A stretch of DNA of 64,000 nt. Source: Azolla caroliniana (taxonomy: Eukaryota > Plantae > Polypodiophyta). The notes below the pieces were generated by a model. The model ran no database searches, had not been told where the DNA came from, and was given only the letters and a program-made list of their open reading frames with translations. Positions 41,036 to 52,053 of the stretch are shown in pieces. The stretch is from the NCBI GenBank assembly GCA_043228905.1, contig JBHGNT010000008.1, forward strand, positions 21,638,001-21,702,000, read 5' to 3'. The translations under genes and the position numbers were made by a program. The first letter of the stretch is position 1, and each line of letters opens with the position of its first letter.

Positions 41036-43124
41036 GATAAAACAGACACAAGAAGCTGCTCGTCCTTAATACCTTGCATCGCTCTCCACAGAGACAGCTT
41101 CATGTCGTCAGCCACTTCTTCAATTGTCAAGTCAAATTTCTTGGCTGCTTGTGACTTTAATTCTAGTTGAGGGTCAACCTTACATTTTTTTTGTCGTTGA
41201 CCCTTGACCTCTTTATTCTCCCACATTGAGAAGATTTGATCTTGTAGGTCCCACACTTCTCCATCACTAAAGGCCAATTGAAACCAAGACTCATACTTTC
41301 GAAGACCATCGGACTTAACATTATCATCTACCACAATGCCGACTTCATGCAAGCATTGACGTCGTAGGCCTAGATGTAGCTTCACACCAAACTTTTGTTT
41401 GACGTCCAAATACTCGTGGTGGAAGAACCTTATACGCTCAATCGACGACATTTTATGCCTATAGTCATTATCATTATTGTGGTCCCATGCCCCATGCCAA
41501 TAACTTTGCCTCTTCAGTTGTGAGACCCACGTAAATTTTGCACTCGGCATACTTGAAGAAGAAAGTCATTGGATGTTCTCTCACAAGTTGTCGACGTGCC
41601 TCCGCTGAATGCGATCATGCTTTCTTATATCAAAATCTTCAATGGTTTCACATTCTTCAGGATCCACCATAACAATAAAAGGCACCACAGTGGCACGAGG
41701 ATTAATTTTCATTTTTTTCTTGAGATTTTGAACATGCATGCGGTGTGGCTCTCTAATCTCCAGTGGTCTTCGTCCTGTTTTTTCATCAATAGGGAGCCGA
41801 TGGATGTGTGTTATAGGCAAATTAAACACTTACCCTTTCCTGACCAGTTTACGCTACATTAACTCTCTCTATATCTTATTTTGCTCGGATGACAACACAC
41901 CCGATGCTAGCTCAGCTCTTGGCGTCCCCTTAGTGTCCTCATCTTCGTTTTCACTTGATGAGTCGGAGTCCGACATTTTGGTGGTCTTCTTTTTCGGTGG
42001 TCTTGATTGTACTTTAGATGCCCTTTTTGTGGCCTTCACTAGGGAGGGCAATGGCTCCCTTAGAGTTACATGGCCTTGTATATAAGGCCTCAAGGTAACA
42101 ATAAGGTTTTGTGAGCTTTCAAGATCTTTTTTGAAAGCTTCTAGCCCACAAGATTCCTTTACTAGAAGATCTTCAAAAAGGAACACTTTACGTACCCCCT
42201 TAGAGCACTCTATCATTACAAGTATGTTGGCCGAATCCGCATCTTCGTAGTCAAATCGTAGAATACGGCCATACATAAATGGGGTTTCATTTTCAAGCTG
42301 CCCCTCTCCCTTCATTCGTTGTTGTATACAATACGAATTTTTTCTTGGTGTCGACGTATTGCATACACCATTCCTTGTCCGTTAGATCACGGTCAGGAAG
42401 GTCTTCACCTCCAGTAGCTGCTACTACTTTCTTCTAGCTAACCTCAATGTTTGATTGAGATTTTTTCTCCTCGTTGAAAAGAATCTTTTTCCCTCTCTTC
42501 ATGGTCTCGAGAGCTATTAGGGTCTGTGTTTCAATTGGAGAACCCTGTATGCAGAGCTTTATATTCTTCACAGGTCAGTCCGACAGGTTCTCAAACGACC
42601 GATTTAAGAAAGGACATGCGAAAACATAAGTTAGGAGGTCATGTAGATTAAGATTGTATATTAAAATACAAATAATTAGATGAAGAAATAAACTAGCAAG
42701 CGTTTTGCGGTAAACTATAAATATCAATCATGGATTGAGTGTACATGGTAGTCCTATATTCAAAAATCTATTCTAGTAAGGGCTATTCAACTTAGAAAAT
42801 ATATATCCTAAAAAGTATACAAGGATATATATTGTCTTGAAGGGCAAGTATGGCTTATATTGAATCCATATCCATATTGTAGAGAATTTGCATATATTAA
42901 ACTTGAATTTGGTATCGTAAAGGTAATTTGTGGGTTATTTTGTACTATTTTAAGCTATACTAGGTCATAAAACCTCTATAATTAAGACCCCTATTTTTTA
43001 CAAAAAAGGCAAATCACCCTAAAAAAAGACTGATTTTGACAGAAAGTTTGATATCTTTTCACACGATACTAAGTTGTTGGCCCAAAGACACAATATTCCT
43101 CTTTCAAGTTCTTGTTTTATATAG

Positions 43125-43837
43125 GGACTCGATACGCCGTATTGAGTTCATGTATAAAATACAAACATAATCCAGGAGCTCGATACGCTGTAACGAGTTC
43201 CTCTCTAAAAGAGTTACATAACACAGGAACTCGATACGGCGTATCAAGTTCCTATTTAAAACGCACACTATATACAGGAAAATATAAAGTGTGTATAGGA
43301 ACTCGATACGGCGTATCAAGTTCCTGTACAGGAACTTGATACGCCGTATCGAGTTCTTGTATAAAACACAAATATTATATAGGAACTTGATATGGCGTAT
43401 TGGGTTCCTTCTTAAAACAAAAACATTATACAGGAACTCGATACGGCGTATCGAGTTCCTGTTTAAAACGCTAACATAATACAGGAACTCGATACGGCGT
43501 ATCAAGTTCCTGTTTAAAACGCAAGCAAAATAGAGGAACTCGATACGACGTATCGAGTTCTTCTGTGATGTTTAGGTTTTATACAAGAACTCGATAAGCC
43601 GTATCGAGTTCTTGTATTATGTTTGCGTTTTCCTGTAGTGATGTTTAGGTTTTATACAAGAACTCGATAAGCCGTATCGAGTTCTTGTATTATGTTTGCA
43701 TTTTATACAGGAACTCGATACGTCGTATCGAGTTCTTGTATAAAACCTAAACACCACAGAAGAACTCGATACGTCGTATCGAGTTCATGTATATTGTTTG
43801 TGTTTTATATAGGAACTCGATACGGCGTATCGAGTTC
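43125..43837. repeat. Array of 14 palindromes GAACTCGATACGNCGTATCGAGTTC, mostly on a 51-bp period
   Basis: Core starts at 43125, 43176, 43227, 43299, 43332, 43383, 43434, 43485, 43536, 43587, 43660, 43711, 43762 and 43813. Confidence 0.97.
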
Positions 43838-43964
43838 CTAATGCAAAAACATATTTACAAAAATGTCCACAGTGTCAGACACTTACCTGGAGTCCTAGCG
43901 CTTGATTTTCTTTGAAGACATGGTTGATATTTGTCGATTTCTAGGTGGAGATCTCGCTATCGTG

Positions 43965-44035
43965 CTTTGTGCTCTGTGTGCTCTGTGTGCTCTGTTTGCT
44001 TTGTTTGCTCTGTGTGCTCTTGTGTGCTCTTGCGT
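43965..44035. repeat. Minisatellite of 9-11-bp GCTCTGTGT units in the putative 5' UTR of the minus-strand gene
   Basis: gctctgtgtgctctgtgtgctctgtttgct... Confidence 0.8.
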
Positions 44036-44039
44036 TTCG

Positions 44040-44480
44040 TGTGAGTGAAATATGACGAGGTCTTCCTATTTATAGGGATTGACCACAGTGGTTAAAGTAA
44101 CCACAGTCAGCTTAACCAAGGTTGGCAACCGTGAGGTTAGTTAGTTAGTAACCACAGTCACATTAACCTGAGTAACTTATGATTGCATTAATGATTACAA
44201 AGTCAAACTAACATATTGATGAATATTTTATAGTCAAAATAACTTACAATGACTTTGAAGGTCATGAAGGAAATAAATAGAGGTTCATGAATGAACCAAT
44301 GATTGATTACTGAAATGAACATTTATATGACTCTTAATTGCTTTGTATTAAAGATGTGGGCATGAATGAACCAATGATTGAAAAGTTTTATATTTAAAAT
44401 GGTGGGCATTAATGAACCAATGACTGAGAAGTTCTATATTAAATATGGGTGCCATTAATTAACCAATGATTTTAACTTTA
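44040..44480. promoter_or_regulatory. Putative divergent promoter: minus-strand TATAAATA (44067-44074), AACCACAGT repeats, four AACCAATGA (CCAAT) boxes
   Basis: The TATA box is about 27 bp upstream of an Inr-like TCACTC; CCAAT at 44296, 44371, 44417 and 44463. Confidence 0.55.
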
Positions 44481-44782
44481 ATCCAACATATATATGGTTT
44501 GGTAATGATTGTAATTATATTATACTTGATTTAACTTCATATAGACTAGTTTAAGTAATTATTAATATGTTAAATACAATTACTATATTAAAAATAATAT
44601 TTTTTATGTATTGTATTAATATAATATTAAATAATATCAACATTATATTGAGGGAGCTTCTGTTTTGAGAGGAGTTTATGTTTAGAGAGGAGTATATGTT
44701 TAGAGAGGAGCTTATTAGTTTTTTGCCTTAGTCTAAGCATAGAACTTAAAGAGCTCTATCTAGACCTTAAGCCATGAGTGAA

Positions 44783-44945
44783 GATTCACCGTTCTCGATT
44801 GAAGAATATTGTTTGTCATCAGACTCTTCGTTTTCTACCGAAGAATATTGTTTGTCGACAGACTCATCATTTTCTATTGAAGAATATTTTCTGTCGACAG
44901 ACTCGCCATATTCTATCGAAGAGTATTGTCTGAACTCATCTTCAC
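44783..44945 (+). repeat. 36-bp (12-aa, DSxFSIEEYCLS) x4 repeat at the transposase N-terminus
   Basis: Visible in ORF 44774-45202. Confidence 0.9.
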
Positions 44946-47900
44946 CTACAACGAATGTGAATAATGACACATGTGAAGAATTCTCTATTAAAGAATACGA
45001 TATTAATAAAGATACAGAGAATGAAGGTAGTGCCAATGAAACATCAAATATCATGGGCAATGGTCACAACAAAGAATTGGATAGTAACAAGGTTACACCA
45101 ACTTCTATGCAGGAAGAGAAATCTAGAAGCCCTATGCATATTAGAAGAATCCCACGAAGAATTTATCTGGCTAGATTTAACTTGGTGACATCATATAAAT
45201 AGATTGGATTTGATGTCAAAAAAATATGTTGTGCTCGTGGTTGTATGTCTATGCTTGGAAAATCAAAGTTGCGAGAATTAAGGCGATACTATTTTTCGAT
45301 GACTAGTGATGAGCAAGACACTTACCTCGGGTCACATATGCAACTAGTGTGTGACAAAGGTACGGGGATCAAAGTATCATTCGAGTATTATATCTTCCAT
45401 GTGCAACAGATATGTAGAGTTGCATTCAAAATTGTGTTATGTGTTAGTAATGCGGCTACATAGAGTACAACAACGTCTACTTAGCGGGGATCAGATGCTC
45501 AATTGTAAAGAGGTTCCAAGTATGAAAGGTGCAATTGGAAGACATGCTATTGGTTGGATGAAAACTTACTTTCAGTTAAATTGTGAAGTAATGCCCACTA
45601 CAAGTAGGATGCACCTTTCTGATAATTACACACGTCGGGAAGTTTATGATGTCTATCGATCTGATATGGTGGGCTCACATAATAAGTCTGTCACATATAG
45701 CCAATTCACAAGATTATGGAGAGCTCGGTTTTCAAACGTTATCATTCCACGTAAAGTACACATGGGGTATTGCTCCATTTATGCAAATCTTAAAAGTTGG
45801 CTAAAGGTGCAAAGACATCAATGGAAAAGGATATGAGTAAGAAGTTACTACAAGAGCATCGTGAGGCACAATCGTTAGAACGAAAGAAGGTGATGCATCA
45901 TAGAGAGAAGTGTTTGAAGAGGCCCGAACAATACATGTGCTTAATGATAGATGGCATGGACCAGAAGAAGACGTGCTTGCCGCATATGCAGAGGCTCCCG
46001 AAAGACGTCAATGATGAGTGCCTTGTTCAAATGCACTTGGTGGGATGCTTGGCTTATAATAGGTTTGTTGGACCTCACTTCTTCATTACATACCCCAATG
46101 TTCACAATGACCCTAACCTAACAGTTACAATGATTCACCGAGTTTTGATGTCTTGGGGCCAACCTTTCCCCCCTGTTCTATACATTCAATTGGACAATAC
46201 TGCTTGAGAGAACAAAAATTCAACTGTGTTTGGCTATCTAAGTATGTTGGTCAACCAAGGATTGTTTAGGAAAGTGAAAGTCAATTTTCTTTTGGTTGGC
46301 CACACACATGATCATATAGATCAGATGTTTAGCACATTCTCCAAACAGTTGTCTCGGCATGATGCTTTCACATTACCTAAACTATTTAATGTCATTTGTG
46401 ATGCATATACACCACGCCCAAAAGTGTTACACTTGAAGGAGGTATATGACTTTAAGAGATATATATTAGATAGGGGTGTTGGGAATGTTAAAGTGCTTGC
46501 CCAGTTAAACAATATAAGCTTCAATCACATTTTTATGATAAAGAAAAATGGAATAAGTGGTTCTACACTTTTGTATGCTAAAAAATATTCATCTTCTACA
46601 ACATGGGAACCTGAAGGAGGTCGCCAATTATTACTTTGTATGCCGAGTAAAAGTATCCATGGAGTTAAGCAAATGCCAATTGAGAAGAAAGGACAGTTGC
46701 AGAGTGACTTGGTATCGGAACAAAAACGATTATGGCTCCAAGCCTTAGAAGAAAAAAGAAAGCATATTGAGGCCGCCAAGAAATATGCCGCACAACAAGA
46801 CACGTTGTCGAGGTTATCCTCGCGGATGCGTAGAAGTCAGGCAGGACCACGGGGGTCTCAAACCAAGGAATCAAGAAAACGAGGGAGGAATTTCAGGATC
46901 ACGTAGGTCTCAAGACCACGGGAAAATAGGTAAGGCTAGGGAACAAGAGAGGGTAAGAGAGCCGTGCGTAGACGCGAACACGGGTGATTACAACCGGATC
47001 AGACAATGAGAACAACATTTGTTAGGTAGAGAAGGTTTCTATTAAACAACACAACCAGATTACAACCGGATCAGAGCCGGTGATGGAGCGCAGAGGTTGG
47101 CAATAGTCGGACACAAAGGTACGTTGGCACGTTGAAGGTTGATCCACTGGACGGGAGCACTCGGGCGTCTGACGCCTGCAAGGGAAGCGCCTTCCGATGA
47201 TCTATCCTTACACTCCTCTCTGTATCTCCTCTCCTCTCCTCTCCACTCCTCTCAAAATGGCATCCTGAAGACAGTCGAAGGTCACCCCCTTTATAGCACA
47301 AGGAGCGATTGTTACAAGCATTCATGACCTATCGCTTTCCCTTCCTAGATTCTCTCCCCTGATTCGCTCCCCTCATAACTCTCCCTACATATGCGATGTT
47401 CTATTTCTTCTTTTATGCTCTAACTACCTAGTACCCCTCCGTATACTCATGCCTAGTACTTTCCCTATTTAATTATCTCGAGGCGTGCACTCGCGTAAAC
47501 CGGTGTTCCTGTGCATTTCACCTTGTTTCTACCTATGGCCCAGAATCTTCACGACATCCACCCCCACTAAACTACACATCCTTCGGTATGTGCCAGATAG
47601 TGAATTTAGTGGAGGATTCCGTGCCATCGGTTACTCGTCCTCCTCTCCTGAATTGGTGCTTTCGGCTCCCGGGTCCAGTTCCTCCTCGTTCCGTCTCTTG
47701 AAGGCTTTTATCCGCTTCTCGGCCACTGGAGTCGTTATTTGCATCCTGTCGAGCTCCGTGAGATGATACGTGGCATTGTCGTTGACGCTATTTACCACGT
47801 ATGGCTCGAACCATCGCTTTGCAAACTTGCACGTACACCTATGTTGGTTGTCGAGGTTGTTGTCGTAGACTAACACCCAGTCGCCTTCCTCGATCTTCCT

Positions 47901-50900
47901 TGGCCGGAGCCGGTGCGTTCGGTCGAACCAGGCTTTGTTCCGGATTCTTGCTTCTCTCACCCTCATCATGGCTTGTTCCACATCTTCCGGTCTTCGCTTG
48001 AGTTGCCGAATTCGTGCCGCTAGCAACTCTCCTCTGCCCACGAGGCGATCATTCGCTCTACTGGCATGATGGGTTTCTATCCGTACATTAGTTCCGTCGG
48101 CATGTACCCTTTCACTGAACTATGGGTAGTCCTGTCCGCCCATAATGCGTACGGGAGCAACCTTAGCCAGTCGCCGACTCGAACCTTGCACGTGCGTACA
48201 ATGGCCTTTATGATCGGACCATGGCCCCGTTCAATCTTTTTGTTTGCCTCCGGGTTGTACGCCGTTGTGAGGGACAATGTTACGCCTAACCGATCGAACA
48301 GTTCTTCGGCCTCTTCCGCGTCTAGCTCTACTCGGTCAGCTACGATTTTCCCCACACACCCGTATCGGCATATGACATCCTCGATCAAAAACTTGCATAC
48401 GGCCGCGGTGGTCTTGTTAGTTAGTGCTCGTCTCTCTACCTGGTTGGTTAGGTCCTCTCTAGCCAGCACTAGGTATCGCTTCTAGCCTTCGCCCATCGGC
48501 ATCGTAACTAAGTCAACCATCCATTTGAAGTGCATAGTCGGAGGATAAGTTGGGTGTAGTTCGTCGCGGTGTCGAACCACCGAGTGCATCTAGCAGCTTT
48601 CGCACGTGGACACGAAGTCATGCACGCTCTTGTACATGCCTGGCCACCAATATTTTCCCCTTATCTTCTCGAATGTAGCCCATGTACCCCGGTGTCCAGA
48701 CCAAGGGTTCTCGTGGAACTCCGATATCAGCTTTTGTTGGTCATCCGCCCACGCTATTACTCAGAGTGGCGCGATGTTTCGCCTTTTTGGGACCCTCCAG
48801 ATCTTTCCGTTCCGCATGAAATATCTGTATGCCTTCTTCCGGAGCTGTCCGGCCTCCTCCTTAGTCATCGTGGCATCTGTCATCATTGTCTCTAGAAATC
48901 TCCCGATTAGAAGTCACTCCCCATCATAGCCGTCTTCGTCGAACTCATTCACAGGCGGAGCGCTTCACCGATTTGAAAAAGTCTGCGCCGACTTCTTCGC
49001 TCTCTGATACCATGCCATCCTCATCCTCAAATCTTGCTCTAGAAAGCATATCGGCCATGGCGTTGTCTTTACCCGAGATGTGTCGTATCTCCAGGTTCAA
49101 GGAATTGATGTACGCAATCCACCTAAGCATGGCCAGGTCGGGAGTTGCGCATCCGGTGACCATACCGAGAATCGGCAAGTAGTCCGTTTCGATAATTACT
49201 TCTGTCCCGATTAGGTAATCTTTGTCGACCTTAACCGCCGAAAAGATACCCCACAGCTCGTGCTTAACTTGGGCGTACCCTCATTGTCGCTCACTCAGTA
49301 CCTTCGCACCGAACCGGATAGGGAACCGTGTGCCGTCTTCGTCCTCTTGATTTACGACCCACCCGATCCCGGTCCGGCTGGTGTCCACAGAGATGTAAAC
49401 CGGAGTTCCCGGTGCATATTCCGCTTTGCGCAAAACCAATGCCGCGGTAAGCATTCGTTTTAGTTTCCGAACCGCCTCCGTATGTTCCTTCATCCATTCG
49501 AATTTCCTGTTCTTCTTCAGCAGGCCGTAGAGTGGTTCGGCGATGTGTGCGTAAGAGGGATCCATATGTGGTAGAAGGCACATGCCCCCAAGAACCGTCG
49601 GACCTCTGTGATGGATCCGCACTCCTCCTTCATTGCTGAGATGGCCTCTACCTTGGTCGGCAATGGCTTTCGGCCATACGGCCCACATAGGTGGCCAACC
49701 ACTCATATCTCTAGTTGTTTGAAAGCCGACTTTTCTCCCAAGAAGGTAAGCCATGTGCCCTCGAGCCTCTGTAGTATCTTCTCGCAGTCGGAGATATGGT
49801 CCGCGACAAACCTTCAGCACCCGTCCATGCCGATCGACTCATCCTTAGCGTCTTCTAGACACCCCTTTATAGGGATGTCGTCTAGGAAAGGCATGGTGAT
49901 GTCCAGGATGCAGTCCTTCAAAACTTTGTTCATTGCGTTCACCATGTGTGCCACCGAGTTGGTTCCGCCTTGTGGTAGGTTACACATTCGAACTAGGCCG
50001 AGAGGGGTCTGCATCATCGTGATGTCCCTGCTTTCCATGGCGAGCTGGAATTGGTCATACCCCGAGTAAAGATCTCTGATCGAGTATATGGACCTTCCGG
50101 CGAAGGCTTCAACGAACTCATCGATCGACGGCCCAACTCCCGTATTGCGGATGGTCACTTTGTTGACCGGTTGTAAGTCCTGGATGAACCACAGCGTGCC
50201 ATTCTTCTTTGGTACCGTAAACCACCGGTTAGAATAGGGGGCACTCGACGGTTCAAGGATGCCCAACTCCACTTTCTGCTTAAGAAGCTCATCAACATCG
50301 GCATGTGAGCTCTCGGTATTGGGATCAGCTTGAGACTCCATGGTATGTATGGTATTGTAAAGATCACCATTGGCTCGACGATGGTCGGGTCAACGCACCC
50401 GATCTCTCCTGATGAGAATGCGAAGGCCTTCCCGTGCCTCTCGAGCATTCTTCTGAACCGGTCCTCTTCCGCCAGTAGTAGGAAGCCACCCCCACCGATC
50501 TTTACCTCTCGTAGTGTTTTGTCGGTGAAATGGTGTCCTATGCCAACCGGATTTCGTAGGCTCGGGTCAATAGCGACCCCCTTTATTTATCCCCAGCTGC
50601 CCTCCAGTAAGGGGGCCGCGACGGGCTTCACCTTCTGGTCCACAATCTTGTATTTAGTGTCTACTCGGGCGATCCGATGTGCCCTGGTTCCTCTTTCGAA
50701 GTCCGCAATGACTTCATACATGTCGATCGAGTTGACCGGTATGACTCGGTCTTTGCTTAGACCTCCTTCGACTACCTTCCCGATTTCCCCCAAGGTGTCA
50801 TCAAATGAGACCGCCTCCACGGCTTCCCCAATTCCTTCGTCGTGGCTTACGGCTCCGCATGCCTTCAAGCGTATCTAGGCCCGTTTTCTTTCTGTGCCGC

Positions 50901-52053
50901 TAATGTTGGCTATGGTACACCCTCCGTTGTTGGAGAACAAAACTTTCCTACCTATTTTACAGGTGTGGGGAGTTTCCCGGTTGTCCTCACTATCGTGGCC
51001 CCACGCTTTGATAGCCCTATCTAAAAATCCGGCTTATCATCACTTTCAAGGGTGTCCCAGTTTCGTTCGTGGTTCTTCCGAATGGTCAAAAATTGGACGG
51101 AGTGACGACCATCCTCACTTTTTACCTCGCATAGGCTTAACCATTGTCCAGCACTTTCGTCTCCATTCTAGCCGCCGTGATGTATGGTTCCCTGAGGATG
51201 ACCGGGTGGGAGGACGTTGTCGTGAAGAAAACCGTCCATAAGCGGAATCGGCGCACCAAGGCGTGGGAACCGGTTCTTCACGCGCGCACGCTCCAAGTTG
51301 TACATAGAAGCGAATTAGGAGGATAATCGGCAGGAACGGGCCCTAACACAAGTGGAGACAAAGACCGCGCGAACAGTCTTTTCGGTCGCGCGCGCGAGCT
51401 AAGGAACTGTACGAGTCGGCGGCGTAACTACGCGGATGCGTGAAGAACGGAGCGGATCCCTGTTCGAAAGGGACAGGGGATAAAGCTGACATGACGGCCT
51501 GCTCGTCGGCCTATATAAGGAGCAGGAAAGAGCTGTTGCAGGCATCTCGCGCAGAGAGGACGAAGTGCTGTCGGACCGTTTCTGGACGCTTCTCTCTCTG
51601 TTTCCTTCCTTCTTGAGCTCCATAGCTTTCTGTGCAGGGTCCCGAGGAGGCTCGCGCTGTTTCGAGGAACGCCCGAGTGCTTCCGGCAGCACCTCCGACC
51701 TGCTACCCCTTTGTGCGTCGAAGCGAACAAGCATCGGCATCTGTTCGCCGGCCTGTTCGGTTGTAACCAACCTGTGCCCCATCGAGGGTTGTAGTCGTGT
51801 TAGCCATTTTTCTTAATATACATATTTAGTCATTCGCATCTGTCTGTGTCGGTGTCTGTTCGCGTTATCCGTGCTGAAGGGCCGTGTCCCTGTGTATCCC
51901 CGGTCCTGCGTAGCCGGTTCTCTCTCTTTCTCCTCCCTCGCTTGCTCTTTGGTTCGAGACCCCCGCGGTCCCGCCTCGTTTCCACACGCACTTGCGTAAT
52001 ATCTTGACATCTTTGGTGAACCCGACGTGAAGGAGGCGGCAGAAGAGCAGAAG

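Larger units (their letters stand above)
33991..42560 (-). pseudogene. Spliced ParB/Srx-like + beta-class N4C/N6A DNA methyltransferase fusion gene, interrupted by a copia insertion
   Basis: Exons about 42560-41036 joined to 35633-35580, then 35503-35365, 35281-34816, 34727-34435, 34343-33991. Motifs YNVVCGDVVDMI, LMIADIPSG (IV), WIK..N...EYITV, NPYQKPQRLMMRLI (X), GDWILDLFSGTGTTSACALKLFRNIVALEKD (I-II). A possible extra exon 1 lies at 43921-43887. Confidence 0.88.

Noticed and set aside
43104-43505. ORFs with RNSIRRIEFLY repeats
   Set aside because: These are a by-product of the palindromic 51-bp repeat and read similarly on both strands.
43125-43837. CRISPR array
   Set aside because: The spacers are mutually related and invert in orientation, there are no cas genes, and the context is eukaryotic and intron-containing. 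Reported as a palindrome array instead.
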